Positions 54,640-64,000 of a stretch of DNA of 64,000 nt are shown here, in pieces. The first letter of the stretch is position 1. Each line of letters opens with the position of its first letter. Position numbers and translations under genes: made by a program. The notes below the pieces were generated by a model. That model saw only the letters and a program-made list of their open reading frames with translations. It had not been told where the DNA came from and made no database searches. The DNA is from an uncultured Acidobacteriota bacterium (GTDB lineage: Bacteria; Acidobacteriota; Thermoanaerobaculia; UBA5066; DATFVB01). The stretch is taken from the NCBI GenBank assembly GCA_963813155.1, contig CAWEYG010000005.1, positions 192,001 through 256,000 on the forward strand, read 5' to 3'.

Positions 54640-54780
54640 CTCGCTCGACCCGATTCGCGGCTAGCCCCAGCGCCAGCTCGGCAAGTCTCTTCGACCCTCG
54701 GCCGCAGTTCGCTTTCCCTCGGGATCTCAGAGACCAGCCTGCGCCGGCGCGTTGACCCGGCCGCTCTCGGGCCTTCGCTC
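54637..54780 (+). repeat. Dispersed long-hairpin element, copy B
   Basis: Near-identical to the reverse complement of copy A in the core; outer stem differs in sequence but still pairs. Confidence 0.85.
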
Positions 54781-54803
54781 GCCGGCGGCGGTAGAATCCT
54801 CCC

Positions 54804-54932
54804 GTGCACGCCTCGATCTACATCTTCTACATGGTCCTCTTCACCGGCCTCGTGGCGTTTTGCGTGTTCCTGTGGGCCGTGAGGGAGGACGACGACGCCG
54901 GCGAGGCGTCCAAGGACGACAAGGACGACTAG
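54804..54932 (+). CDS. 42-aa single-TM peptide with CcoS-like FLWAV motif
   Basis: GTG 54804 to TAG 54932; TAGAAT 6 nt upstream; acidic tail. Confidence 0.55.
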   Translation: MHASIYIFYMVLFTGLVAFCVFLWAVREDDDAGEASKDDKDD

Positions 54933-55475
54933 CTAGTCCTTTTGCGCGAGCAACGCTTCGACGTTCTGCGTCACCTCGGCGGAGTCCCAGTCGATCGCCT
55001 CGGCGAGGTGGTACAGGATCCTGCCGTTCCGGTTCGCAATGTAGGTCTCCGGAAATTTCGCCGTTCCGAACCTGTGGGCGGTCTTCGCGCCGGGGTCGCG
55101 GTATTCCGGCAGGTCGAACGGCGTCTTCTTCCGGAAGTCGTCGATCGCCTGCCACGAGTCGTCGACCGAAACGCTGTAGAGCGCGATTTGCGGGTTGTTC
55201 CGGAACTTCGCCCAGAAGGTGTTCAGTTCCGGCAGCTCCTCGACGCAGGGAGGGCACCAGGTCGCCCAGAAATGGACGACGACGACTTTTCCCTTCAACT
55301 TCGACAGATCGACCTTTTTCCCGTCCCGCGTGAAGACGTCGAGCTTCGAGATCGAGGACAGCGACGTGATCGCGTTGGAACCGTTGTCGGGCGGCTTGAG
55401 CGACGTCGTGAAGACGAACGCGACGGCGATCGCGACGACCAGGGCCGCGAGCAATAAGACGGTCCGGGTTCTCAC
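54933..55475 (-). CDS. TlpA/ResA-like disulfide reductase
   Basis: N-terminal TM, HFWATWCPPC, FPETY. Confidence 0.92.
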   Translation of the reverse strand: MRTRTVLLLAALVVAIAVAFVFTTSLKPPDNGSNAITSLSSISKLDVFTRDGKKVDLSKLKGKVVVVHFWATWCPPCVEELPELNTFWAKFRNNPQIALYSVSVDDSWQAIDDFRKKTPFDLPEYRDPGAKTAHRFGTAKFPETYIANRNGRILYHLAEAIDWDSAEVTQNVEALLAQKD

Positions 55476-56395
55476 GCGACCTTCGGGTTCGCGACTCGCC
55501 GGCTGCCGACCGGGCAGACGGGGCGGGCAAGGCATTCCGGACATTCCGAAAGGCGGGGTTTCGCGCGGCAGATCTCGAGAATTCCCAGCCGGCAGATCGC
55601 GAAGTCGTACTTCACGGGATCGTTCGCGTCGAGACGGGCGAGCCGTCGGGTGATTTCGACCGCCGTCGTCCAGTCGGCGGTCTTGCGGCGCGTGAGGCCG
55701 AGGCGCCGCGACACCCGGTGAACGTGCGTGTCGGTGGGGACGACGAGCGCGCGCGGGGGAATCCCGTCCCAGATTCCGAAGTCGATCGCGTCGCGGCGAA
55801 CCATCCAGCGCAGGTAGAGATTCCATCTCTTGCACGCAGAGCCCCCGGACGGGGACGGAAAGAGAAATCGCAAGGCGGCGTTCGCAGCCGGCACCCTCCC
55901 GAGCAGATCGGCGCAGACGCGATCGAGAAGGGGGCCGGTGTCCGACTCTCCCCGGTAACGGCTCTCGAAGAAGTTCTTCACGGATCCTTCGCTTCGAATG
56001 ACCCCGCCGATGAGGGAAAAAAGAGTCGCCGCTTCCTCCGGACCGTGGAAGCGATGACGAAAGAAAGAGAGCGCGGCCAGCGCCGGCGGGTTCGACGCGA
56101 GCGTTTCCGCGGGATGTCGGCCGAGCGATTCGAGGAGGCGCGAGACGTTCGCGAGAATGATGTCGACGCGTCCATAGGCGAACGCGGAAGCGATCCAGCC
56201 CGCGACCTCGACGTCCCGGGGATCGGAATAGCGGTGAACGAGACTGACCGGATCCGACCCGATCGACTCCGCGCCGTATCGCCGGGAGAGGCTTTCGAAC
56301 GCGGAACGAAGATCCGAGTCGCGGCGCGACATCCCCAACGCGCCTTGCCGGCGCTGGATTTCGAGCGCGCCTTTCCGGCGCGACATTGACTCCAT
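55472..56395 (-). CDS. TIGR02757/DUF2400 family protein (start uncertain)
   Basis: SACKRWNLYLRWMVR, DTHVHR, DPVKYDFA, C-terminal Cys cluster. Confidence 0.9.
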   Translation of the reverse strand: MESMSRRKGALEIQRRQGALGMSRRDSDLRSAFESLSRRYGAESIGSDPVSLVHRYSDPRDVEVAGWIASAFAYGRVDIILANVSRLLESLGRHPAETLASNPPALAALSFFRHRFHGPEEAATLFSLIGGVIRSEGSVKNFFESRYRGESDTGPLLDRVCADLLGRVPAANAALRFLFPSPSGGSACKRWNLYLRWMVRRDAIDFGIWDGIPPRALVVPTDTHVHRVSRRLGLTRRKTADWTTAVEITRRLARLDANDPVKYDFAICRLGILEICRAKPRLSECPECLARPVCPVGSRRVANPKVA

Positions 56396-56474
56396 CCGCG
56401 CGATATCCTACTCTATTGGCAATGCTTCCCGGCCGGGACCTCAGCAAACATCGTTCAAGAGACTGTCCATCGCA

Positions 56475-57680
56475 TTGACCAAAGAAAAAGTCGTTGTCGT
56501 CGGCGTCGTGACGCGCGGCCTTCGCCGGGCCGAAGTCGAAAAACACCTGGACGAGCTGGAGCGTCTCGTCGACACCGCGGGAGGCGAGGTCGTGGCCCGC
56601 GAGCTCCGCGAGCGCGCTTCATTGGATCCGGCGACGTTCATCGGATCGGGCGCGGTCGAGGAAATCGCCGGGGAGGCGGCCGCCCTCTCCGCTGGGCTCA
56701 TCGTCTTCGACGACGACCTCTCCCCGGGCCAGGTCAAGAACCTCGAGAAATCGCTTCCGCGCGTGACCGATCGCGCCGGCCTCATCCTGGAGATCTTTTC
56801 GCTGCACGCCCGGAGCCGCGAGGCCCGCACCCAGGTCGAGCTCGCCCGCTACGAATACCTGCTGCCTCGCCTGACGGGCAAGTACAAGGGTCTCTCCCGT
56901 CTCGGCGGCGGCATCGGAGGAAGAGGAGCGGGCGAGCAGCAGCTGGAGCTCGACCGCCGAAAGATCCGGCACCGGATCTCGCTGCTCAAGAAGGATCTCG
57001 CGAAGATCGAGACGTCCCGGCGCGTGCAGAAACGCGGCCGGCGGCACTCCTTCCAGATCGCGATCGCCGGCTACACGAACGCTGGCAAGACCACGCTGTT
57101 CAACCGCCTGACGGCGGGCTCGGAGCTCGCGGCCGACCGCCTCTTCGCGACGCTCGACGCCCGTGTCGGGAAGATTCAGGGAAGCGGCGCGCTCGTCATC
57201 GACACCGTCGGCCTGATTCGCAAGCTGCCGCCCGGCCTCGTCGCCTCGTTCCGCTCCACTCTTTCGGAAATTCGCGACGCGGATCTCGTTCTCCATGCCG
57301 TCGACGGCTCGTCGGAGTCGGCGGACGAGGAAAAGGAGATTGCCGAGGCGACGTTCGCGGAGCTCGGAGTGGATCCGGCGCGCGTCCTGACCGTCTACAC
57401 GAAAGCGGATCTCGGCTCCGGGCGCAACGGGGCTCTCGAAGTGTCCTCCCTGACGGGCGAGGGATTCGACCGCCTCCTCTCGGAGATCGAGAAGAGGAGC
57501 AGCCCCGACGAGCTGGAAATGGCCGTTCGCATTCCCTACTCCGACTCCCGCGAGATCGCGCGCGCGCGGTCGGGAGCGCGGGTGCTCTCCGAATCGGACG
57601 AGGGCGACGCGCTCGTTCTTCGCCTCTCCGGCCCGCGGCGGCAGCTCGACCCGCTCTCCGCATACGAGATTGACCGCTAG
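56475..57680 (+). CDS. hflX: GTPase HflX
   Basis: QVELARYEYLLPRL, GYTNAGKTT, LFATLD, DTVG. Confidence 0.95.
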   Translation: MTKEKVVVVGVVTRGLRRAEVEKHLDELERLVDTAGGEVVARELRERASLDPATFIGSGAVEEIAGEAAALSAGLIVFDDDLSPGQVKNLEKSLPRVTDRAGLILEIFSLHARSREARTQVELARYEYLLPRLTGKYKGLSRLGGGIGGRGAGEQQLELDRRKIRHRISLLKKDLAKIETSRRVQKRGRRHSFQIAIAGYTNAGKTTLFNRLTAGSELAADRLFATLDARVGKIQGSGALVIDTVGLIRKLPPGLVASFRSTLSEIRDADLVLHAVDGSSESADEEKEIAEATFAELGVDPARVLTVYTKADLGSGRNGALEVSSLTGEGFDRLLSEIEKRSSPDELEMAVRIPYSDSREIARARSGARVLSESDEGDALVLRLSGPRRQLDPLSAYEIDR

Positions 57681-57703
57681 CTGGTAGACTCGCGCTCCTC
57701 GGA

Positions 57704-57801
57704 GGAAGCGCAAGGAGTCTGGTGGCTTCCGCGGACTTCAAATCCGTTCGAGTCGCGGCTCAGCCGGGACTGGTGGGTTCGATTCCCATGCGCTTCCGCC
57801 A
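57704..57801 (+). tRNA. selC: tRNA-Sec(TCA)
   Basis: 8-bp acceptor GGAAGCGC/GCGCTTCC, anticodon loop CTTCAAA, long variable arm, 5-bp T stem, GCCA end. Confidence 0.93.
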
Positions 57802-57824
57802 CATTTCATGCTCTGATTGGTTTC

Positions 57825-59756
57825 GTGGCGGATCGGGATTTCGAGCGCAAGACCCGGGGGGAGCCTTCGGCGATCGCGGCCGAGGCGAGACCGACCGGGA
57901 AACGGCTCGCCGTGCTCGTCCTGGGCGCCCTCGGCATCGTTTACGGCGACATCGGAACGAGCCCCCTGTACGCGCTGAAGGTCTGCTTTTCCGGGCTCCA
58001 TTCGATTTCTCCGGGCCGCGAAAACGTGCTTGGCGTCCTTTCGCTCGTGTTCTGGTCGCTTGTCGTCGTCGTGACCCTCAAGTACCACGTCTACGTGCTG
58101 CGGCTGGACAACCGGGGCGAGGGTGGGATCCTCGCGCTGATGAGCCTCGTTCGAAAATCGAAGAAGAGAAGCCGGCGCGTGCACGTGGGCCTCGTCACGC
58201 TCGGGGTCTTCGGCGCGGCGTTGCTCTACGGCGACGGAATGATCACGCCCGCGATCTCGGTGCTCTCCGCCGTCGAAGGGCTGGGCGTCGCGACGCCGAT
58301 TTTCGAGCCGTTCGTGATCCCCATCACGATTGCAATCCTCGTGGGACTCTTCCTCTTTCAGTACCGGGGGACCGCGGCGATCGGGAAGGTCTTCGGCCCC
58401 GTGATGCTGGTGTGGTTCCTCACGCTCGCGACGCTCGGCCTCGCGAGCATTCTCCGCTACCCCGGGGTGCTCGTGGCCGTGAATCCCCTGCACGCGGTCG
58501 CTTTCTTTGCCCACAACCGTTTTCACGGATTTCTGGTGCTTGGAGCGGTCTTTCTCGTCGCGACGGGCGGAGAGGCGCTCTACGCGGACCTGGGGCACTT
58601 TGGAGAAATGCCGATTCAGATCGACTGGTTCTCGATCGTCGGGCCGTCCCTGCTACTGAATTACTTCGGCCAGGGCGCTCTCCTGATCCGCTTTCCGGAA
58701 GCGGCGGGAAACCCGTTCTACCGGTTGGCTCCGCCCTGGGCTCTGTATCCCCTCGTCGCGCTCGCGACGATGGCGACGATCATCGCCTCCCAGGCCATCG
58801 TCTCCGGCGCCTTTTCGCTGACCCGCCAGGCCGTCCAGCTCGGGTATCTCCCGAGGGTCAAGATCGTGCACACTTCGGCGGCGGACATCGGCCAGATCTA
58901 CATTCCCGGGCTCAACTGGCTGCTCATGACGGCGACGATCGGGCTCGTTCTCGGGTTTCGCAGCTCCAACAATCTCGCGGCCGCCTACGGGGTCGCCGTG
59001 TCCGCCACGATGGTCATCACGACTCTGCTCGCCCATTCCGTGACGAAGGACCTGTTCGGCTGGAAGCCGTGGGCCTCGGGTCTCGTGACCGTCGGGTTTC
59101 TCGCCTTCGACGTCTCGTTTTTCGCGGCCAACATCGTGAAAATCGCGAAGGGCGGATGGTTTCCGATCGCCGTCGCGGTCGCGGTGTTCACCCTGATGAC
59201 GACCTGGCGAACGGGGCGCAGTCTTCTGAACCGCCAGCTCCGAAGGCGGCTCGTTTCGGTCGAGGAGTTTGTCGCGGACGTGAAACAGAAGAACCCGATT
59301 CGCGTGTCGGGGACGGGCGTCTATCTCTCGATGATTCCGGACGTCATTCCGCCCGCGCTGTTGAACAATTTTCGCCACAACCAGGTCGTCCACGAGCAGG
59401 TCCTGCTCGTGACGATCCTCACCGAGGAGGTTCCGCGGGTGGCGGAGGCGAAACGAATCGACGTCGAGACCCTGTCCTGCGGCTTCCATCGAATTCTGCT
59501 CCATTACGGATTCATGGAAGATCCGGATCTCCTGGGGCCGCTTGGAAAGGCGGTCGCGGGCGGAATCGAGCTCGAGTCTTCGACGACGACGTTCTTCCTC
59601 GGCAAGGAGACGATCCTTCCGTCGGAGGTCGCGGGAATGGCGGGGTGGAGGGAAAAGCTGTTCTCCGTTCTGTCGAACAACTCGCACAGCGCGACGGCGT
59701 TTTTCAAGTTGCCGGTGGATCAGGTCGTGGAAATACGGGGGCAAGTGAAGATCTGA
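57825..59756 (+). CDS. kup: Potassium transporter Kup
   Basis: GIVYGDIGTSPLY, GEGGILAL, EALYADLGHFG, YFGQGA. Confidence 0.96.
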   Translation: MADRDFERKTRGEPSAIAAEARPTGKRLAVLVLGALGIVYGDIGTSPLYALKVCFSGLHSISPGRENVLGVLSLVFWSLVVVVTLKYHVYVLRLDNRGEGGILALMSLVRKSKKRSRRVHVGLVTLGVFGAALLYGDGMITPAISVLSAVEGLGVATPIFEPFVIPITIAILVGLFLFQYRGTAAIGKVFGPVMLVWFLTLATLGLASILRYPGVLVAVNPLHAVAFFAHNRFHGFLVLGAVFLVATGGEALYADLGHFGEMPIQIDWFSIVGPSLLLNYFGQGALLIRFPEAAGNPFYRLAPPWALYPLVALATMATIIASQAIVSGAFSLTRQAVQLGYLPRVKIVHTSAADIGQIYIPGLNWLLMTATIGLVLGFRSSNNLAAAYGVAVSATMVITTLLAHSVTKDLFGWKPWASGLVTVGFLAFDVSFFAANIVKIAKGGWFPIAVAVAVFTLMTTWRTGRSLLNRQLRRRLVSVEEFVADVKQKNPIRVSGTGVYLSMIPDVIPPALLNNFRHNQVVHEQVLLVTILTEEVPRVAEAKRIDVETLSCGFHRILLHYGFMEDPDLLGPLGKAVAGGIELESSTTTFFLGKETILPSEVAGMAGWREKLFSVLSNNSHSATAFFKLPVDQVVEIRGQVKI

Positions 59757-59771
59757 CGGCGTCGCGCCGCC

Positions 59772-59795
59772 GTCATTCCCGCGAAAGCGGGAATC
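59772..59795 (+). repeat. Intact REP-like palindrome
   Basis: GTCATTCCCGCGAAAGCGGGAATC, same family as the IS30 target. Confidence 0.85.
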
Positions 59796-59845
59796 GCTCC
59801 CCCCCTCCAACGTTCTTCGCACGACTCGAATTAGAATCACGCTTC

Positions 59846-61111
59846 ATGTCGGCCGCTGCCAGTCCCGCGCGCGCAAGCTACCTCGAGGTCATCCGCGAGA
59901 ATCCCGATTTTCGCCGCGTCTGGATCGGACAGGTCGGCAGCCTGCTCGGGGACTGGTTCAACCAGGTCGCGATCCTGTCCCTCCTGCTCCGGCTGACCGG
60001 GTCCGGCAGCGCCGCCGGCCTGTTCTACGTGCTGCAGATGGTGCCGATCTTTCTCGTCAGCCCGATCGCCGGCCGCGTCGTCGATCACCTCCCGAGAAAG
60101 CTCGTCATGGTCACGGCCGACCTCGCGCGCGCGGGAGTCGTGCTCGCGTTCCTGCTCGTGGATCGCCCGAGCCGGATCTGGATCATCTACCTCGCGACGG
60201 CCGCCCAGATGTCGCTCTCCTCGTTTTTCGAGCCGGCGCGTAACGCCGTGATGCCGAAAATCGTGAAGCCGGAGCACCTCGTCGGCGCGAACGCCGTCAC
60301 CGCGACGACGTGGTCCGTGATGCTCGCGGCGGGTGCGGCAGTCGGCGGCCTCATTACGGCGCTGCTCGGAGAGCGCGCCGCTTTTCTGCTCAATTCCGCG
60401 AGCTATCTCTGGTCCGCGGCCTTCGTCCTGCGCGCCGTGATCCCGCCGATCGAATCGCGGCCGCACCATTCCGAGCGGGGGTTCGTTTCGGGGCTGCGCG
60501 AAGCGCTCCGGGCACCTTCTCTGCTGCCGATTCTGTGCGCGAAAGCGCTGCTCGGCTTCGCCGGGGGCATGGGCCTGCTCCTGGCGATCTGGGGCGACCG
60601 CGTCTTCCGGATCGGAGCGACGGCCGCGGGCGGCATCGGGGCGTTGTTCGCGGCCCGCGGCGTCGGCACCGCGATTGGGCCGATTGTCGCGCGCCGATGG
60701 GGAAAGTCCCACGGGGAAGGAGCGCGGCGCACGATCGCCGTCGGATATCTCGTGTGCGGGGTGTTCTTCCTCGCGGCCTCGCTCGCGCGGTCGCTGCCGG
60801 TCGCGCTGGTTTGCCTCGTCGGCAGCGGCATCGGGACCGCCGTCACCTGGGTCTTTTCGACCGTCGCGTTGCAGCAAGAGACGACGGACCGTGTGCGGGG
60901 CCGCGTCTTCGCGGCGGAGCAGACGCTTTTCACGCTGACGGTGTCGATCTCCATGCTTGCGACCGGGCGCGCGCTCGACCATCCGGGTTGGACGCCGAGG
61001 GGAGTCGGGATCGCGCTTTCGCTCGTTTACTTCCTCGGCGCCGCGACGTTCGAGCTGTTGCTGATTCGGGCCCGCCGGCTCTCGGTTGACGCCGCTCCAA
61101 CGCTCGAATAG
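59846..61111 (+). CDS. MFS transporter
   Basis: DFRRVWIGQVGSLLGDW, GRVVDHLPRK..ADLARA, RGRVFA. Confidence 0.9.
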   Translation: MSAAASPARASYLEVIRENPDFRRVWIGQVGSLLGDWFNQVAILSLLLRLTGSGSAAGLFYVLQMVPIFLVSPIAGRVVDHLPRKLVMVTADLARAGVVLAFLLVDRPSRIWIIYLATAAQMSLSSFFEPARNAVMPKIVKPEHLVGANAVTATTWSVMLAAGAAVGGLITALLGERAAFLLNSASYLWSAAFVLRAVIPPIESRPHHSERGFVSGLREALRAPSLLPILCAKALLGFAGGMGLLLAIWGDRVFRIGATAAGGIGALFAARGVGTAIGPIVARRWGKSHGEGARRTIAVGYLVCGVFFLAASLARSLPVALVCLVGSGIGTAVTWVFSTVALQQETTDRVRGRVFAAEQTLFTLTVSISMLATGRALDHPGWTPRGVGIALSLVYFLGAATFELLLIRARRLSVDAAPTLE

Positions 61112-61137
61112 GATTTCCGTCTCTTCGTTCTCTGCGT

Positions 61138-61214
61138 GGGGCTGTAGCTCAGCTTGGGAGAGCACCTGAATGGCATTCAGGGGGTCGCCAGTTCGATCCT
61201 GGTCAGCTCCACCA
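61138..61214 (+). tRNA. tRNA-Ala(GGC)
   Basis: GGGGCTG/CAGCTCC acceptor with G3:U70; CCTGA-AT-GGC-AT-TCAGG anticodon arm; CCA end. Confidence 0.96.
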
Positions 61215-61333
61215 TCCGCCTTCGCCTTTCTTCGAAGCCCAAAACGAGGGTTGCGGCTACGGCGCGATTGACGGTCCGCTGCGACGAATTCGAAGGACGT
61301 GCCGCTGGCGCCCTCGAATCCCGGGCCCTCAAA

Positions 61334-62344
61334 TTACTCCACCGAATGGCGCATGAATCGCTGCAGGCCGCTGCGGGCCGCCTCCGCGCCGATCTTCGGC
61401 GGCGGAACGCTGGCCCAGAGCGGGTACCTCACGCCTGTCAGTCGATTGATGATGATCGCCTGGACCACGAGCAACCCGACCGCGACCTCGAGGACGATGA
61501 GATAGGGAGGCTTGCTGACGGCTCCCAGCGACACGATCAGCGCGGTGGCCCCGGCTGGCGGATGGGGAGAATTCAGAAGAATCATCAGCGCTCCCGCCGT
61601 GCCCAGGGAAAGGGCCGCGGCCAGGACCCGGGTCCAGCCCAGCTCCGAGACGATCGCCGGTCCGGCATGTTGCAATCCGGTCACCCACAGCGCGGCATAT
61701 CCGGAAACAATCCCGATGGCGTGACCGCACAGCGTGTTCCGAGGGCTCGCCGCCGGTGCCGTTGGCGTGAAAAACAGCAGGAAGGCGCTCGCTCCGAGCG
61801 GAGGAAAAATGAATGGCGTCTGGAAAGCCATCGCCAGTCCGCAGAGGATGCCGATACTGATGAAACCGTTGATGAACATGAAGAGCGCCCACATCCGTGC
61901 CAGTCTCGTCGTGCGGATCGTGTTTGCCCGGATCTGCCGCTGTCCCGTCTGGGACAACACGTCGTTCAGCGTGTAGCGCCGCATGAGGATCGTCTCGAAC
62001 TCCGCCTTGGGAATTCGGAGAAGTGTGGTGTCCTCACACGCGCGAAGGCTTGCGCCGCGACGCCCGGAATGGCCGGGCAACAACGACTGCTCGCCGACGT
62101 GGCTGAGCTCCTTGAGCTGCGCCAGGACGACTTCGTCGCCGTTGCGGTCGATGGCGAAAACCTGGACCGAACCCCGGACGACGACATAAGCGCAGTCGCC
62201 CATTTCGCCTTCGCGGAAGATCAGCGCCGAGGCCGAAAACGTGACCACCTGGGCGACGTCGGCCAGCGCCCGAAGCTCGCCGGCTTCCAGCTCGCTGAAC
62301 AAAGCCAGGCGCTTGAGGAACCGCTCGCGTTCTGAAGGAGCCAT
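61334..62344 (-). CDS. cNMP-binding domain fused to an HPP-family membrane domain
   Basis: IFREGE..GEQSLL..RGAS, then PPLGASA..SPRN..GH..PHPPAGA. Confidence 0.85.
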   Translation of the reverse strand: MAPSERERFLKRLALFSELEAGELRALADVAQVVTFSASALIFREGEMGDCAYVVVRGSVQVFAIDRNGDEVVLAQLKELSHVGEQSLLPGHSGRRGASLRACEDTTLLRIPKAEFETILMRRYTLNDVLSQTGQRQIRANTIRTTRLARMWALFMFINGFISIGILCGLAMAFQTPFIFPPLGASAFLLFFTPTAPAASPRNTLCGHAIGIVSGYAALWVTGLQHAGPAIVSELGWTRVLAAALSLGTAGALMILLNSPHPPAGATALIVSLGAVSKPPYLIVLEVAVGLLVVQAIIINRLTGVRYPLWASVPPPKIGAEAARSGLQRFMRHSVE

Positions 62345-62534
62345 TGCGGTGGCCGGGATTCTACCGCGGGACAGTTCGAGGCCGCGGACCGCGAACCGAA
62401 GCGCCCGGTGGGTGGGCCAAGCGTGGACAGAGTGACACCGTTCTGGCGACCCAGATACAAATTCGCAGAAATTTTGTTTTTCGCAGAGACCGGGCGTTTC
62501 TCAACCTGCTAGAATTTGCTCGCTGGAGGTTCAC

Positions 62535-63539
62535 GTGAAAAAGAGAGCTTTTCTTGGGTGCTCTATCGCGATCGGACTGCTGGTCTTCTCCATGAACGTT
62601 TCGGCGCTGACGAGCGACAACCTTCTCGTCAACCCTGATTTTGCGACGGATCTCAGCGGGTGGGCGTACACCCCGTTGCTCACGGAGTGGTCCACCAAGG
62701 ACGTGAACGACGACGTCTCCTCCGGGTCGGCGGGGATCGCCGAGACGGACAACGTCGGTGGTGCTGAGGTCATCTCTCAGTGCGTCGTGCTTCCCGGTCC
62801 GGGACCATTCGACGTTGGAGCGTTTTTCTTTCTTCCTTCAGGACAGGGCCAGCGGGCCGGCGGGGCTTCGTACGCCATCTGGTACTCGTCGAACGATTGT
62901 TCCGGGACTGCGCTCAGAACGGACGAATTCGACACCCCGGATCCGCCGCCGACCGACACCTGGACATCGAATTTCGGGCTCCGGGTGACGCCTCCCGGGG
63001 GGTCGGTTTCGGCGTTCGTGGCCTTCGGGATCTACAAGAACGACAACGCGAGCGGCCCGAACGTCGTCGGATACGTCGACGGCACTACCTTCCGCCTGAC
63101 CCAGCTGGGCTCCGCGCGCTCTGGGTGCTGCAATTCGGCCGTCTCACCCGCGCCGCTGGCCTTTGTGTTCGGACGAGCGGGGACACCTCCTGAAGTCAAT
63201 ATAACTGGAACCTGGAACGGGCTTTACACGGAGTCGACTTCCTCCTCCGGTCCGCCTACCCAACATACGATTCCGATGTCTCTTACGCAGACGAATGCAG
63301 ACGTAACGGGATCCTTTTCCGTCAGCGCCTCAAATGGCGTATCAAGTGGCACGGTCAGTGGAAGCGTATCGGGAAGCGCGTTTATCTTTACTCTGACGAT
63401 TAGTTCAGGATGCGCGACCGTTATCGATGGAATAACATCCGTCACGGACGGGGGAGATCAACTCTCAGGTCGTATGGCGAAGCACAGTTGCGGTGGTGGG
63501 CACGACGACGGGACGTTTACGGCCACAAAGGCCAAGTAG
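62535..63539 (+). CDS. Secreted two-domain hypothetical protein
   Basis: GGAGG SD, signal peptide, LLVNPDF..W N-domain, Ser/Thr/Gly-rich C-domain. Confidence 0.7.
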   Translation: MKKRAFLGCSIAIGLLVFSMNVSALTSDNLLVNPDFATDLSGWAYTPLLTEWSTKDVNDDVSSGSAGIAETDNVGGAEVISQCVVLPGPGPFDVGAFFFLPSGQGQRAGGASYAIWYSSNDCSGTALRTDEFDTPDPPPTDTWTSNFGLRVTPPGGSVSAFVAFGIYKNDNASGPNVVGYVDGTTFRLTQLGSARSGCCNSAVSPAPLAFVFGRAGTPPEVNITGTWNGLYTESTSSSGPPTQHTIPMSLTQTNADVTGSFSVSASNGVSSGTVSGSVSGSAFIFTLTISSGCATVIDGITSVTDGGDQLSGRMAKHSCGGGHDDGTFTATKAK

Positions 63540-63611
63540 CCCTCGCGAACCGAGGCGATCCCGTTCAGCTCCCCCATCCGTTCGAGCGAAAGAGGCGGGT
63601 CAGTAGGACGC

Positions 63612-64000
63612 CTACCGTTTCTCCTTCTGAGCGTTCAGCCGAGCGACCTCCGCCGCAGAGACGCCTTCGAGGACGAGTCCGTACGACAACCCTTCCTGCA
63701 GCCGGCGGCGAAAGCGATTCGAGAGCGCCATCCTCGTGTACCGCAGCGTCAGCGGGCTTTGCTTCTTCATGTATCGCGCCAGTTCCCAGGCTCGCGGCAG
63801 CAGCGCGTCTCGAGGAACGACCTCGTTGACTGCGCCGTACTCCTTCGCTTGTGCCGCGCTCAGTTTCTGGCCGCTCAACAGGAAATAACGACCGCGAATT
63901 TCCCCGATGACTTCGGGCCAGACGATATGCAGGCCGTCTCCTGGCACGATGCCGAAGGCGGGATGAGGCGCATCCTGAAAGTCGGCGTCTTCGGTGGCAA
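63612..64000 (-). CDS. Enoyl-CoA hydratase/isomerase family protein (partial)
   Basis: FQDAPH..GIVPGDG, YFLLSGQKLSAAQA..GAVNEVVP. Confidence 0.85.
   Translation of the reverse strand, partial: ATEDADFQDAPHPAFGIVPGDGLHIVWPEVIGEIRGRYFLLSGQKLSAAQAKEYGAVNEVVPRDALLPRAWELARYMKKQSPLTLRYTRMALSNRFRRRLQEGLSYGLVLEGVSAAEVARLNAQKEKR

Noticed and set aside
56320-56390. Degenerate 27-nt tandem repeat at the 5' end of the TIGR02757 gene
   Set aside because: Only about 2.5 degenerate copies; it mainly makes the start codon ambiguous.
57722-59845. Long N-terminal extension of the MFS ORF (1129 aa)
   Set aside because: Overlaps tRNA-Sec and kup in another frame; the credible start is 59846.
61215-64000. Genomic island integrated at tRNA-Ala
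   Set aside because: No integrase or duplicated tRNA 3' end is visible in the window.

Overview
GC-rich bacterial chromosomal window, most likely Acidobacteriota (inferred from the PadR + ADOP duplicated-permease pair). It is mostly housekeeping: mglAB-recR-ybaB-dnaX-SRP RNA-tRNA-Ser, mfd with two PPIases, thiolase/CoA transferase, lptD, rmlA/B/D, a Rieske/cytochrome b/octaheme cytochrome operon, hflX, tRNA-Sec, kup and tRNA-Ala. About a dozen single-base frameshifts in conserved genes point to assembly indel errors. Most notable: (1) an IS30-family element inserted into a GTCATTCCCGCG-type REP palindrome with a GGA duplication, whose transposase has no stop codon of its own and takes its last 6 residues and stop from the REP target; (2) a stand-alone transcription unit with a ~150-nt structured leader that encodes only a 20-aa peptide with 11 lysines; (3) a candidate bacterial UDP-apiose synthase operon, divergent from a prenol-kinase/DUF92 + UbiA pair; (4) a three-copy dispersed long-hairpin element with conserved arms and an exchangeable core; (5) three paralogous secreted Cys/His-motif small proteins. 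No CRISPR array was seen.
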